Source of the DNA: Podarcis liolepis
Lineage: Eukaryota
DNA: 64,000 nt
NCBI GenBank assembly: GCA_965112155.1
Contig: OZ218114.1
Strand: one strand, 5' to 3'
Shown in pieces: positions 12,491-28,038 of this stretch (position 1 is the first letter of the stretch; the number at the start of each line of letters is the position of its first letter). A program made the translations under genes and the position numbers. The notes below the pieces were generated by a model. It was not told the origin of the DNA. It worked only from the letters and a program-made list of their open reading frames with translations, and ran no database searches.

Positions 12491-14227
12491 CAAGGCATGC
12501 TCTTAGGTTTCTTTCCATACTTTCCAACACCTGAGAGAGTTTAATTTCTGATCAAGGTAATTGTAGCATTTTTGTGAGCAAGCAAAATGCCATGTCAGTT
12601 GGGTGTGTGTAGGTGTGTGTCAACTGGCATGCATTAGCAAAGATATTTCCAAACGTTACCTTCAAAATATTCTCCCTTACAGTCTAGAAAGAACTTTTAT
12701 TTTTTAAGTGTTGAATCCAAGAAGCTTGAAATAGATATGTTTTAAATTGCAGTTGGCTTCCAGGTGCCTAGGTATCTTCAGAACTAGCAAAGTCATCCAA
12801 TCCAATTCCAAACAAATGAAGACAGTACTCATTGATGGGCAACATAGGTCCAGATTTAGGTACACTCCAACAGCCTATACACAGCAGAAAAATAGGCACC
12901 GTGCTTATATTTAAAAGGTGCATTTGTTGGATATTAGGAGTCTTAGGTCACATCCCCACAGCATATATCTGAAGCACTCTCATACCACTTTAACAGTCAC
13001 AACTTCTCCCAAGAATCCTGAGAACTGTAGTTTGTTAAAGGTGCTAACCCTCTGAATTAACTCAGTTATTAGCCACAGTTGTAGACTGTCAGTCCAGGGC
13101 TAGCCAACATGGTGTCCTCCAGATGTTGTTGAACTTCATTGGCTATCCTGGCTCAGGCTGATGGGAGTCCAACATTTGGAGTGAACCATATTGGCTACTC
13201 CTGCTATAGTCCATTTCATGTGCATATGAACACATGAGGCTGCTTTGTCGTCAGACCATGGCCCATCTACCCCAGTATTGCCTACTCTGGCTGGCAGAAG
13301 CTCCAAGATCTCATGCCATTTTTTAGCTAGAGGTGCTGAGAACTGAACTATGTGCTCTATGACTGAGCTATAGTTCCTCCTAAGGTATCCAGTTAGGACT
13401 GATTTATCTAACCAGAATGATTTGCCCATCTTTGCATTGCATTCCAGTGCAGCAGAAGTTGGACTTTCAGTGCAATACAATAATAAACCTCTCAAATCCC
13501 AGAGATGCCAGTGAAGCTGATTAAAATGTATTCAGTGAAAGAAATAACTCCAAAGGATAGAAAAATCCACTGCAATACATGTCAATTTTTTCATTCTCCC
13601 AAAACTCATAGGGTTGCACTGCCCCAGTGAAGAGGATCTTACTGCTCCTTCCATTCCATTGCTCTTGCATCACATAATTATCCTTGGGCTCTCCTTTGGT
13701 TAGACTCTATTCCTCTGCAGCCCTAAAAACCCCAGCACAGAAAATGTTCTCTCTTATTTAGAGCCCATTACCTTTCTCACCTGGCACCTGATCCATCACC
13801 AATTTCACTTTCAGGGAGAGGGTGAGGGAGAGAAAGGTCTGCACTGAGAAAGTGAGCGTGTCCAAAGAACCAATTGGATTCTAGGCTAGCACATGCATAA
13901 GCGTAGCAACCAAGACAACAGCTTGGCAACAGGAGCAGCTGAACCAGGATACCTTAAAAATACTAATGAGAAGGGACAGAGCCCTCAGTCTTGTTCTGGA
14001 AAAAGCAGGCAGGCAACTAGCACTGGCTGGTTCAGCCACCCAGACTTTTTGCCAGGTTTGAGCCAGCGCAATATTTCTGCTACATGGAAGAGGAAGGAAG
14101 AAGGCTGGAAGGATGTGCCCTCCTCGGAAAGGGGGAGGCATGGTAGAGCACAAGCATTTGCCTTGGAATGACCACAAACATTGACAAAAGGCATGTTTTC
14201 ATAAAAGTGCCATATGCTAATTTATAT

Positions 14228-14590
14228 AAAGGTAAAGGTAAAGGTAAAGGGACCCCTGACCATTAGGTCCAGTCGTGACCGACTCTGAGGTTGCAGAACT
14301 CATCTCGCTTTATTGGCCGAGGGAGCTGGCGTACAGCTTCCAGGTCATGTGGCCAGCATGACTAAGCAGCTTCTGGCTAACCAGAGTAGCACACGGAAAC
14401 TCCGTTTACCTTCCCGCCGGAGCGGTACCTATTTATCTACTTGCACTTTGATGTGCTTTTAAACTGCTAGGTTGGCAGGAGCAGGGACCGAGCAATGGGA
14501 GCTCACTCCGTCACAGGGATTCAAACCGCCGACTTTCCGATCGGCAAGTCCTAGGCTCTGTGGTTAAACCCACAGTGCCACCTGCATCCC
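14228..14590 (-). mobile_element. Sauria-type SINE, full length
   Basis: (ACCTTT)n tail on the minus strand (aaaggtaaaggtaaagg), reverse-complement homology to 33541-33894, probable TSD gctaattt(a/g)tata at 14216-14228 and 14595-14607. Confidence 0.9.
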
Positions 14591-16030
14591 TTTCGCTAAT
14601 TTGTATAGATAGGTGCAAATTTGGAAATAATTCCTATAATTAAAAATGAAATATAATACTTCTTACCTTAGTGGTGATGACTGTGAGCAGGTGGCCTCTG
14701 TTCCTGCTGCCTTGTTTCTAACTATTGGAAGGTGTCTGATCTGCTCCTTTCTTAGGGTTCTTCATCCCTAAGAAGACATCTTCAAATACCATCTCTTGTA
14801 AAATAAGACATGTGGCCACCCTAGTTTGCCTTCCTCATCTAGGAAGTAAATGTGTTGTCAGTGTGGCTCTCAGGACCTAGCCAAATGATGGACATCCAAT
14901 AGCACTTAATGTGGATTATTTATTTAGATTAGAAAATGATAGCCCACCATTCAGTTCCCCACCCCTCCAGCAAGGCTTTCAACACAGTAAAATATAAATG
15001 CAATCAATAAAACATAACAGCATTGAAATCGCATAAGAAATAGAACAAGAATGTAAAAGCAGTTTGAAACTAATTTTAAAGGGAGCAAATGTATTAAAAG
15101 ACCTGGAAAAGGTGTTGGTTTTTTTTAAGGGGGGTTGTATGACACTGAAATGTTAAGGAAGTATGTACCAGGTGCACTTCTCTCTGGATCTCGTACCATA
15201 CCTGGGGCATCCCCAGTGAGAAGACTCGCTCCAACATTTCCACACATTTCACCTTAGGTATCTGGGCACCTGGAAGAAGGCCTGTAAAGAAGATTTGGAC
15301 ATGTAAGCAGGCTGATTTGGAAAAGTGACCCCAGTTATTTATTTATTTATTTTGGCATTTATATATTGCCCAATTAACCACATCCTCTAGGTGTTAACAG
15401 ATTGAAATAACTATACAATCAAATTAGCAACTGAACCAGTCAATAGAAAGGCTGCACCAGCACAAAATTACCATAGTGTAAAATCAGCATGAAACCACAC
15501 AAAGCAGCATAAGATAAATAAAAACAACATTTAAACCCAACAAGGGGGAAAAATATTTTGAAGTAGCAGAAAGTTCAAAATGCATTAGCACTCTTCTACT
15601 ACTCTGAACTGTGTTCAGAATCTTGGTGCTCAGAAAGCGATAAGAGGTTGGCTATTTTCTTTCAGAGAATGCTTGTGGGGTGAAGGGGGGTGTATTTTAA
15701 TACATATTTATAACTGGAAGAAGTGGTGACAGCAAGAAGGCTATTCATGAGCTGATCTCCATTTTCTCTGGACAAGGTACATCTTGTATATTGTGTGCTT
15801 TTGAGGCAGCTACCATAAGATTTATCACCATGCAGTTGGAAAGCCTGCAGATTAGTGTCCCTCCTCACAGCTGTGTCTCTGGGGACTTTCCTGGCCATTT
15901 TTTTTGGTAGATATATGTCCTCCACCTAAATGCACACCGGGTGATAATGTCAGGCAAATGCTCCTTGTGGAGGCCCAATGGATGTAGCTGCCCACCCCCT
16001 CAATTTCAAGACAGATAAATTGCTGCAATC

Positions 16031-16087
<57 letters not shown>
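16031..16087. repeat. (AAT)n microsatellite (tail of the L2 element)
   Basis: Direct reading; abuts the L2 3' end. Confidence 0.95.
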
Positions 16088-16545
16088 TTATTTGTACCCC
16101 GCCTATCTGACTGGGTTTCCCCAGCCATTCGGGGCGGCTTCCACAAAGACCAAAAATACACTAATATGTCATACATTAAAAACTTCCCTGAACAGGGCTG
16201 CCTTAAGATGTCTTCAGAATGTCAGGTAGTTCTTTATCGCTTTGACATCTGGTGGGAGGGCGTTACACAGGGCGGGCGCCATTACCGAGAAGGCCCTCTG
16301 CCTGGTTCCCTGTAGCTTTGCTTCTCGCAATGAGGGAACCGCCAGAAGGCCCTTGGCGCTGGACCTCAGTGTCCGGGCAGAACGATGGGAGTGGAGACGC
16401 TCCTTCAGGTATACTGGGCCGAGGCCGTTTAGGGCTTTAAAGGTCAACACCAACACTTTGAATTGTGCACGGAAACGTACTGGGAGCCAATTTAGGTCTT
16501 TCAAGACCGGTGTTATGTGGTCTTGGCGGCCGCCCCAAGTCACTG
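16088..16545 (-). mobile_element. L2-clade LINE 3' fragment (ORF2 C-terminus + 3'UTR), with adjacent (AAT)n tail
   Basis: ORF 16214..16543(-) encodes HITPVLKDLNWLPVRFRAQFKVLVLTFKALNGLGPVYL...RAFSVMAPALCNALP, typical of the L2/CR1-group ORF2 C-terminus; 5' truncated. Confidence 0.9.
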
Positions 16546-19500
16546 TGAACTCAGGTCTCTGTATGGAGTGCTTACTTCACATGTATGTTGAATGCATGGT
16601 GGAGAGAGAGTATGTACCCACTTTTTCCACTATTCAGGAAAAAATCCTGTCCATATGCAGTGACATTCCCAGTAGGTAGGGTTCAACTCTAGGATCGAGA
16701 GAGTTCTGAGCAACGTTCCAACTCGTTGAGGTGTCCAAGTACACAACACCAAACGAAAAGGAAACACAGCACCAGAAAACTAGATGCCAGTATGCACAAA
16801 ATGTGCACATGCTAATTTATATTTATAGGTGCAAATTTTGGTATAGATGCAAAATCCAATAACTTCCAATGAATAGAAAATACAGTACATCCCACCAAAA
16901 GGGAACAGACAATGAGTGATCAGTAACCTGCTCAGACTGTTGCCCAGATGACCTTTTGATGGGCAACTTCAAGGTCCCTTATGCTCTCCTTCCTTCGTAC
17001 GATTCTTTACCTTTAAACAAGACTTGGATAAGACAGCACTTCAAATAAAGGACAAATGGCCTTATATTTGGAGGGCTGCCTCATGTTTGGTGGTCTTTAG
17101 CAGTGGCAGTGCACTGCCATTTTAAATTTCCCATAGTGTTCCAGAGCAATTTTGTGCCAGGGGTGTTGTGGGAAATGTAAAATAGTAGCTCACAGATTTA
17201 GGGCACTTGTTGGCAGTGTTAGGGCCTATCACTGTGTTGAAGTTTTGGCAGCCCTCAAAGGGTCCTGGGCCTGACAGTAGGGGTTTGGGAAAGACTTTTC
17301 TGCTATATTAGTCAACTACTTACCGGGTCTTTTCTTGTCTTAGGAATAATGGCTGTTAAGATTTGGAGTCAATAAAATACAACTTATCACCAGGTCTTGC
17401 TAACAGGAGCAATGTCGGTTGAGTCTAGATATTAGGATACTTAAGGAATTAGATTTGTGTGAATTGTGCTGTGAACTGGCTTGATCCACAGTTCCTGAAC
17501 TAATAATGTGCTGATCAGAATGCAGTTATCCTTTAGATGTCATACATCTCTGCGTAGTGATGCAGTTGCTGGCTCAAAAAACCTTAAATAAATTTTGAAA
17601 TGTGTATTTAGAGAGAAAATATATTTAGAAACGTGAATTTTATTAGATCTCTTTCCAAAAACATTTATTTAAATATGCATTTATGTGTGAATTTTTGTGT
17701 AGATTTTTTTTTTTTAAATCACAAATCGGTGCTGAAATAGTAGCAGATTTATGAATTGACACATACAAATGAGGTCAAATGAAACTGCCCTCTTCTGCCA
17801 TATTGTTTTTGGGAGGATGGGAGGTGCTGGTAGGTTAATATTGAATTAAAATACTTTGTTCATATGACATTTGCACACCTCCAACAAGGAGTAACTTATT
17901 CAGAACTGATCAGTACACAGTATGAAAGTGTGTTGCATATAGGGCAAAACCAGATTCTTTAAGAATGAGCCAGGAACTCTTATCATGCACACCACTAGCA
18001 GCAATATGTTAAGGGTACAATGAGCAAATGCCTTAAAGGGACCCATCATTTCCCACACAAAAGCAGGGTTGTTGGGCCTGATCCATGTAGGAGTTGCTCA
18101 TGTTTCAGATGGCAAGCTGTAGAACTTAATTTTCTTCGTTTGGTTTCCGTTTTTATTAGTGGCAATCCAACTGGTGTCTGCAGTTTAGGATATGAAACAA
18201 AATTAGTTTGTTCATTTGTAGACTGAAAGGAATTGGAACCCAGATTTTTAATGTCCTCACCCAAATATGGAAGTACTATTCCTTCTGTAGGGCAGGTAAA
18301 TAATTCATGGATGAGGAACCTATGACCCCCAAGATGATTTTGAGCTTCAGCTCCCATCAACCCCAGCCAACAGGGCCTATGATCAGGGATTATAGGAGTT
18401 GCAGTCAAGCAACATCTGGAGGTCCGCAGGTTCCCCAATGCTGTCTTAAGTGATGCCCCAATTTTAAATGCACTCTTTGTTGCAGTAGTCAGTGATGTAG
18501 ATAAATTTATCTATGTGCATAATGAAAGCTATGAGGTATAGCATTGGCATTATCCATTTTATTCTTAAAATGATCTTTTCTTGTCCATTGGGTGATCATT
18601 CTCTTTCTGTGTCAGAATTCTGTGGAGACAGATGAGCTTAACACTGTATTGAAGGTCAACAGGATTCAAGGACACTCTGCTGAGATCAGCTTGTTCATTC
18701 AGTTCTTTAGGGATAATCATTTTCAGTACATTAGCAATGTGCAGGAGGGAATAATCACTTATTATCAGGGACCCATATCACACATGGATTACCCTGAACT
18801 GGGACTGCTTCATTTTTAGATGGACACGCAATATATTTTATGTGTACACCTAAAGATGTAAAGTTTGCTGTTACGTAATGTGTGGAACATCCCATAGAGC
18901 TGAAACAGTTTTGGCAAATGTGAGTCCGAGGACAGCATTTGCCACTGATAATCATGCCTAACTATCTTCCCCCTACTTCCCACTACAACTATGCTTTCAG
19001 ATATCCAGCTGTAACCCCACACCGCACCATGGCTTATCTGTGAAGCTCATACTATTGCCTTATCACATTCAAGAGGGACTACAAATAGGCTGGAGGTTTT
19101 CTTCAGATTTACCTTAGACTCTGCCATGGGCTCAGAGCAACCTAAGAGCTTCATCCAGATAGAACAGGATTTCTGCAAACTTCTAAGAAACTCTCCAAAT
19201 GTCTTTGGGCTATAAACACTGTGGGTTTATTTGGTGGTTTCACATTAGTGAACGGTGCTTACTCTTGGATGCAAGTCAGGGTATCTAATATTCACCACTA
19301 CCACCCCAGAAAACCCCACCTGTACCTCCCAAATAATTGTTCCTGAGGGTTCAGGGAACCCTCCAGAGCAGTATAGGATGTGGTTCATTTGCTGGGGTCT
19401 GTGTGCCCCAACAAGGCCACTTGGGTTGACACCTTGCAGACCCCCTCTATGCAGGTGTGCTCCCCCAGTCTTACGAGCAAGGGAGGAGGCTGGTGACTGT

Positions 19501-21359
19501 CACACCACTGCTGCTGGAGGGCCCACACATGGGTGTTGGGAGGCACACCCAGGGTGACATGCCCAGGGCCCTGCCAAACTCTGGAGCCAAGCCGGAGTGA
19601 TGGATCCCTAAAAGGCAAGGTGAGTGCAAGAAGAGTGCTGTTAAGTAATGCTTGTCTGTTTTGGCCTCTGGGAGAATGTATCTCTCGAAGAGATACTGAT
19701 GAACAAGCAGAGATGGGGCATAATTGAGGAGCTTAGATGTGAGCCAAGCCTTAGAAGCGGCTGCTTCTGGTGTTGCTTAAATGGTTGCTTGTGAAATTGT
19801 TAACGGTGGTGATAATTGGTTGATTGCCTTCCTTAGCAGGGCCAAGAGTGTTATTGTACACAATGTCTGCTTGGATCTAGGCAGGAAAGTACTAGGATGG
19901 CCATTTGCATATCAGAGAGGGGGGAAAGTGGAAATGCATTGCCAAAAAAGGACACCGATTTGCATACCATTTGCCTATGCTACTTAATACGTATAGATGT
20001 AAACTGGGAAGCAATTACTACAGTTTAAGTAGAAATATAGTAAAGCTTCACCTAAGACTGTGACCAGGTAGTCTATGTGCCAGCTCAAGCTGCTGTTCAG
20101 GTGCTAACCATTGACGGGCAACTTCAGGGCTCTTCTCGCTGTCCTGTCTTCTGATTCTTACCTCTAAACCAGACTTGGATCAGACACGCCTTCAAGTTGA
20201 GGGCTGTCCCACGTGAAGTAAGGCACATGGCTATGCCATCTAAAAAATGGAAATGTGTGATTAGAGAGAGGATAGATTTCGGTAAGCCCTTCAGCGAATG
20301 TTTGGACTTCTTGTTGTTCCTGAGCATTCACATTTATGAAATCAAATCTGCACATGACCAAGTCTTCTACTTGCTTTAGAATGGTCAATGACTACATCAC
20401 CGTCTTTTAAAATTCATCATGCTTCACAAACTCCTGAGATCTTCTCAAGCCATGTAATGGGGAAAGAGGATTATCACAGAGGTGTTCCAAGCACTTCTTT
20501 GTTTCTTTTTAAGGGACAGCCATCAATGTATACACTGAACATCTAATGTTCCAGATAGCATTATTGGGCTGGCCTTTTGCGGCTTTCTCTCCTTCCTGCC
20601 ATGTGGTAATAAGGCGCAAAAAGTACAGTAATCCTTAGTTGGACATACTTCTGCCGCCTCTGCGAAATGAAAATAAAAAGCAGTGACTTCTACATTGGTC
20701 ATTACGTTTGAATATAGGAATATTTAAAATTGCCCATGGACCACCGTTGAGTTGACAAAGGATATAAGCAACCGACTCAGTCAAACTAATTTGACTTTGG
20801 TAAATTCTGTTTAAGCGTAAGTGGATTTGGTACCAAGCCTGCTCCAGATTTCAGGAGGCCTTTGATGGAAGTGCCCTTGTGGGCCTCTGACCACAAACAT
20901 TGCCAGTGGTGGAAATTAAAATTTCACAGAATGCAGAAGAATCATGCTACGTTGGGGACACTGTATGGAATTATAAAGACTTGAGTCCCTGGTGCACCTA
21001 GTCACGAGGACTCGGGGCAAACCTTTGCAATGGTAGGCCCTGTCGGGTGGAGGTCTCCTGGCAGCGGTCCCAAGGTGCTGAGTGCTGATGTCAGACGTGA
21101 ATAGGTGGCCTCCAGCTCCAGAACAGGGTTGTGGAAGGTGATGGGAGTTTGAGGGCAGAGATGACAAACTTCCTGTGACCCTCCTTAGAAGTTCCATTCC
21201 TTTGCCTTCCTTTAGTTCAGCAACGACACCTCTGGTGTCCCTTCTTCACCTGCTTTGTAACTCGTCCCCTGGCTGTCAGATTTCCTATCTGTCTTGAGTC
21301 CTTGCATTTTAGCTCTCCCAGAGTGAGGCGAGGGGCAATTCATCATTCTGCAGTCCTAG

Positions 21360-21743
<384 letters not shown>

Positions 21744-24073
21744 TAAAGAAGCGGATCAGTTCTGAGTTGTTCAGACCAAATTTCCTAAAAATCCTGTTGC
21801 AGGATCCTCTAGTAATCAGACCAATGGAAAGCAGTGATGTACTGCTTGACGATGGATTAGGACATCCCTGTGACAGCCCAATCAGAAATCAGCTTAATGA
21901 TACCTGCATATGTACTGTAGCTTTTGCTGTGATTCTTCCGCGGGCATGGCTGACCATTGGGGAACAATATTTTGTACACCAGGTGATACCTGTCATCTTA
22001 ACAAAGGGAAAACTGCCCATTTTTTAACCCCCTCTAGACGTGGTCATAAGGTTTGAGTCAGACACACTGTTTATTCAGCTTTTTGCTCTGTTGTAATAGT
22101 GCTGTTGGTGCTTACCACAGTTTTGCAGAGCTAAACTTTATTAGTGGCACTGCAGAGATGGTTGCTTGGTTGGAGGCAGCATTTAGGCGGAGTTTATTGC
22201 CACACGGTGGTAAACTCACAAACTGCACCCTTAATGTAGAGGCAAAAGACAAGTGGAGCACTTTTGAGCGGGGCTTGTTCAGAAAGTTCTCATTTCAGGG
22301 GTTAGGAGAGGTGTTTATGTGTCTTTGACTGCAATGGTCCAAGGACGTAGCATGCATGAGTGCTTGTTGGCCCTTGTCAGTTCACACAGCCAACAGGGGC
22401 TGGCACAACTGATTTCTTTTGCTCACTATAGAACAGCTCTGTGGGGTGGGGGGAAACGACCTGCAGCTCCCTCCCTCCAAGAAGCACAGGAAGGAACCCA
22501 AAAGGAATTGTCCTTAACAAAGGACTTCACTTGCTTAAAAATAGTCTATTAATGCACCTGGGGCTGTTCATTTCTATTCCAGTAGCACCCCTGCCTGAGC
22601 AAGTGGTATCAACCATTCCTAATTCTTTTACCCCCAAGCCTTCTGTAATCCCAGTTATATGCCACTCATTGGGCAGTGCCTGACTGTTTGAGGTTGCCCC
22701 CATAATATTGGCAGGTATGTAGTCCCTTGCAAAGAAAGCATTTTTGTGTTTACCTACTGCATGGTGAAGTGTTTCTCCCATCCCTTACTATTTTTTAGCT
22801 AATCTGAGCTGATTTCTGGGCAGCTGTCAGGTGGCAGTCCAGGGCAACATGGTAGGGTCTAGGACAGCCGAATTGCAAAGCTTTTCAATAAATGATTCAT
22901 TCGGTTCCCCAACTGCTCCCTGCCTTTTTCCGCTTTCCTTTTAGCCACTCATCCTCCCACCCTCAACCATTTCCAAACTTTTTCTCCTCCCATGGTGGGT
23001 GTCTGGGGCAAGGGCTCCAACATGAGCAGTAGACGAAACAGATATAACATCTCTCCAGATGTTTGCATGCATTATGTCTGGTTTAAATGTGTGCAAATTA
23101 TTTGTTCACTGTGACTTAACCGTATTGGATTCTTGTTCTCTGTTTGTTCGCTCCCTGTCTGGTCTCTTTACAACACTCTGGGCCTGGAGCCATGGAGTAT
23201 TATAAAGAGATCCTGTTTTGACGAGTGTAATGGACAGTTGAGGTTCAGCAATGCCTGTGTTTGTTAGAGTGGCAATGAGATAATGGGGAACATTTACAAT
23301 AACAACTCTGTGTCTGTGTGTGCAATATGTACTCGGGCGCTACTTGCTGATAAGTAGTGTGGTGTTTCTGTTGGCACTTAGAAAGATCCTGGGCTTCCCC
23401 TCTCACTCCAATTCCACTGTATTTGCTGATACTTTTCATATTGGGCTTTGGGACAGAAAGTCGACATTAAAGAAGTTATGTGTTAATAGTTTAACTTTCT
23501 GCTTAACACAAACAACGCCTGATTCTTTTATGGATTGTTTTGGGGCTCACCAATTCACAAAGTTCTTATTTGGCTCATTTGCACATTGACCTTTCCTTGA
23601 GATGGCTTTCTTTTCAAAATTGCCTAATGTTTTGCCTGAAACTACCTAATATCTGACAGAGGCAAGTTGTTGTTTTTTATGTGTCCATTAAAAAAATGTA
23701 CCCAGAACTTTGGACAATGTTACTTAAGCATGAAGGCCCATTGATAAGTGTTCTGCTGCTGAAAAGATGTTCTCGGGAATAGTATATGATATTACATTAG
23801 TAGCAGCAATGTGGAAGATCTTCTGATTCTTGGTTACTATAAATATTTTCTCTAACCGCTTTTGAAATGAAGTCCATCAGATATTAAGCCAGAATTTCAT
23901 GCATGGGCTAGTCCTGTGGTTATGGGTGGGCCTCTTGCCTGCCCTGCTCTTGCACATGGGATTGTACAATTTGCAACTGAGCACCTGTTATTCCAAGGAA
24001 CAGGGCTCTTGCCTATAATACTTGGCTGAAATGCAGTACTGGAGATAAACACACATCTATGGTAATCTGTAAG

Positions 24074-24213
24074 GCAGGGATGGGGAATCTGTGGCCCTCT
24101 ATATGTTGTTAGACTCCATCTACCATCAGCCCCAGCTGGCATGGCCAACTGTCAGGGATGGTGGGGGTTGGAGTCCAGCAGGACATTGAAATGACACAGG
24201 TTCCTTGTCACTG
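24074..24213. mobile_element. Short palindromic hAT-type MITE (~130 bp), representative of about 15 copies (others near 5220, 6476, 10168, 13095, 18305, 26160, 30525, 31940, 38277, 38625, 40439, 44512, 46765, 51971, 62942)
   Basis: Shared consensus cagggatggggaacctgtggccctccagatgttgttggac...aacatctggagggccacaggttccccatccctg; imperfect 8-bp TSDs (ctgtaagg/ctgtagga here, gtctagat/gtcaagat at 62942). Confidence 0.8.
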
Positions 24214-27200
24214 CTGTAGGAGAAATGGTTAATAATTACTAACAATATGATTAGATTTCCTCTTGTACTAGCCCTTTGCTACAAAGGGTACAGTCTCTTT
24301 GATTTAGTGTAACTACTGATGGAGGTTCATCGGATGATTTGCAGTTAAATAAAGCCTTGGATCCAGATTTGATACTTCTTTTTTGCTACTTGTTTTAGGT
24401 GAAGGCAGACTACAGATGTGTATATTTAAATGCTATTGCGTCATGCTGATATATGAGGAAGCACAGTCTCACTGACTCATTGTGTTCATACAACTGATAC
24501 ACATTTACAGATAGAATAAGGCAGTCTTTCTCCATAAGCCTTTGTGAATGAGATGCCATTTAACTAGGTTGGATTGTGCCTGCTGAAAAAAGACTGCAGG
24601 TTACACCAAGTGTTAATAGGCTGAAGAAACAATGGGTGCTCATCTTTTGGAAATGTAAAACCTGAAAATCAAAAGCAATTTGTTAAAACTGTGCGGAGAA
24701 TCAGGCCAGAATCTGTCTATGTATATCATTAAACTGCCGTTTAGGTGTGTAATCCCTATGTATCAAATAAGAAGAACTGGATAGCTGTTTAGCTGATAAT
24801 TTCCTCTGCTGCTAGCATGTGGCGTTAGAAAGCTTGTCACCCAAATCATACATACATTCACTTAGCGGTGAGTTCTCTTGTTTATAATGGAGCTGCCACA
24901 TTATATGTGTTTAGAATTGTAGGTGAATGTATTTAAATTGTGTTGGTTGAATGCCTTAATTTATTTCCTAGCCTTTTGCAAAGAGCTAGATTAATAGCTA
25001 ATTGAATGAATAAAGACCAAAAAATACTCGAGGACATCAGAATTTTGGCCAAGGAAGATTTTGTGGGCTTAGCTGACAGTTGATTGCTTTCAGACTTGAG
25101 TAGTCAACAGTACAAGTGTCTGTAGGAAGTTTCAGTGAGCATTGCTCACAAGGTTGACTGTACATTGTTTCACAAAGTTGTACTGAGGACCTTGAACCAG
25201 GCCTGATAGGGAAAAAGACAGCCTTACAGGTACATTGGACCAAGACCATTTAGTATCGTGATCTACCTTATACTGTGTGAGCCAGTCTTTACAAATGGAA
25301 CTATTTGGTATCATTGTGAGGGTGCTGGTTTCTGGCATGTAGAGCCATTCTTTATTGCTATGATAAATAGTATAAATAGATAATAATGTTAAAAATAGCA
25401 ACTAAGATGGTACCTCTGGAATGCATTCTTTTGTTACTGGAGAATAAATGGTGGAATTGCTTTCCTACATCTATCGATCCATCTAATTTGGTATTTCTTG
25501 TAAATTGGGCCAAGAAACTGGTGGCAGTATTAGAAACTGAGATATGAAAGCTAAGTGCTAAATGGCACCTTAAATCTAGGTTATAGGCGTAACAACGGAA
25601 TGTCTAGGCACACCTTTATATAACATGAATATAAAGCTGAAAATGAATGAACTGCAGCTAAAATATTATGTTCATTTTTCACATGGTCTAGCCCACCCCC
25701 CTAATATTCTTAAGAGGGTCTCTTTTCCAGTCTTCAGAGAGTAGCTGGAAATGAGAAGGCAGAAAAAGGTCCTCCTTTCCTTCCACTCTGCAGTTTTAAT
25801 CTGAAATCTTAGGCGCAGTACTGCGCCCAGAGCTCAGAAACTACTTGCGCTAATGAAATTCCCTGTTGCAAAATGTGCCTAGAACATTGAACACTGAATG
25901 GCATCAGGGAGCCTTATGACAGACTCTTGCAGTTGGATTTATAGTATGCATTGGGACCTTCATATTAATTGAAGCTTGGCTTTGGCATTGGAGGCCCTTG
26001 GGTGGGAAGGTGGTTTAATGCAGCCACTGCAGGTTGAATATGTCCCCACTGATGAGTAGTATAGCTGAAACCCTTAAAATGAGAAGTGATACTGATTAGA
26101 TACAGTGACACTGGGATGGAGAATATATCCCTTTGGTGGAAATATGTCCCTTATCCCAGCTCAGTAGTGGAGCTTTCATCAACAGAATGCCTTCCAGGTA
26201 TTTTGGACTATCAGCTTCTGCCAACAAGACCGTGTTGGCTGGGGCTGTTTGGCATTGTAGTCTGAAATGTCTGGAAGGTATCAGATTGGTAAAGGCAAAG
26301 GTTATAGAAGTATCATTGAATAATCTGCTGTGTCTCAGTGATAAGATGACTGGAACTGGGTCTTTAGTGATAGACTATCTTGAGAAGATAGGACCTGGAA
26401 GTTATCAACAACTATTGCCAGGGTAAGACTGTCTTTCAATAAAGGTGTTGTCTTCACACACAGACAAAGAAAACGTAAAATAAAAGCCTCAGTATGTCAC
26501 CTTTTACCTCTAGATTCCATTTTTATGAGAGACTTCCATTTGGGATTTGATCAGATTGGATAGTGAGGCAACAGGGCCCTCCTAGCTATAATTATTCTTT
26601 CCAGGTTGCCCAGTCAAAAAAGATGGATGTTGTGTCAGATAGATTATTTGTTGGGCAGTGTGAGCATGTTAAGAGGGAAGTAAGCCCCACTATATTCAGT
26701 GGGAATTGCTCCTTAGGAATTCATAGTGCTTCCCATTTGAAAATTGCCATGATGTGTTGATGCTTTTCATAGGGTGTGTGAGTTGGAGGATCTAGGCTAC
26801 TTTTACTCTCCCAAAGTTCTTCACTATAGTGTTCTTCATAAAGCAATCAAGGAGAAATGTGCACAGTGTGCAGGGCATGGCCTTTGCACAAAGATGCATG
26901 TTCACATATTGGCAGTCACGGCTTTTCTCTAGTTCATTGCCAGAGCTAGCGCACACTCCCTGCTTGTATTGTTTGTAACATTGCCAAAGATTCCTAGGGA
27001 ATATTTTAACTAGCAACTTCTTTTGTCTCTGCTGGTTCCCAGCAGATCTGTCTGGAAGTCTCTAGATCACAATCTTGGGAGATACCAGAGGAAATGTGAC
27101 GCAAAGCATAACTTAATGAATATCAGCAGATGGAGCCAAAAGGTCCACACAAAGGATGGAATGGAGGGGAGCCCTGTCTTGTGCATGCTTGGTGGATAAA

Positions 27201-27861
27201 ATGTTGTCTGTTGCATTGTCGTCACTTTACAAGCTGGAAACTAGAAAACCACAAGAGCACAATTTATATGCTCTGTCTTTCCTTTTTGACGTTGCAGCCT
27301 GGGATATGTTTCCTTAGCTTCATTGGACCTGATTTTTTAAACTAATAAGAACAACAACAATATAACTTTATTAGGTATATCTGCACTTCTACAGTCAAAA
27401 TTGGAGCAACTAGATAGAATTGGAAGAATGGAAGAGCACTTAGTGCAGGGCAGTTCAGCCCTTTATAGAAAAAGCTACAGATCTCCAGTCACAATACGAT
27501 ACAAGCAGAAAGTAGAGGCATGGATATCAGGGGACCCTTGGGGCCAAATGGCTGCAGATGACTCAGGCAGGCAAAGCTACATACAAGCTATAGGGAAAAG
27601 CATCCTCAGTATCCCTAGCTAGTCTCACCTGATAGGAGATTTCTTAACAATCCCAGATATGGTGAGCAAAACGTACCTACTGAGTCGTCCCCAGAGATTT
27701 TTTTTTCTGGAGCCAAAACCTCTATCCCAAATCATCAGGTCACTTGTTTTTGGCAGTGCCTAGTGTCTAGAGTCCTCTTCACCTTTTTAGTATCTGCTGT
27801 TTTCTTTTTAAAGGGAATTGATGAGGACCTTGGGTGGGTCTCAAAAGGCTAGGCTTTAGGA

Positions 27862-28038
27862 CAGAGCTTTCCAAACGGTGTGTCACGACACGTTAGTGTG
27901 AACGCTCCCCGTGCTCCTCCCGGGGCTAGAAAGGGAGTGAGCAGCCCGCCAGTTTGCTAGTAAAACAGAATTACTACATCACAAAATGATGTATGTCTAA
28001 AAACTGTGTCACCAACATGAAAAGTTTGGAAAGCTCTG
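27862..28038. mobile_element. hAT-type MITE (177 bp)
   Basis: Perfect 15-bp TIR cagagctttccaaac/gtttggaaagctctg and perfect 8-bp TSD ctttagga (27854-27861, 28039-28046). Confidence 0.92.
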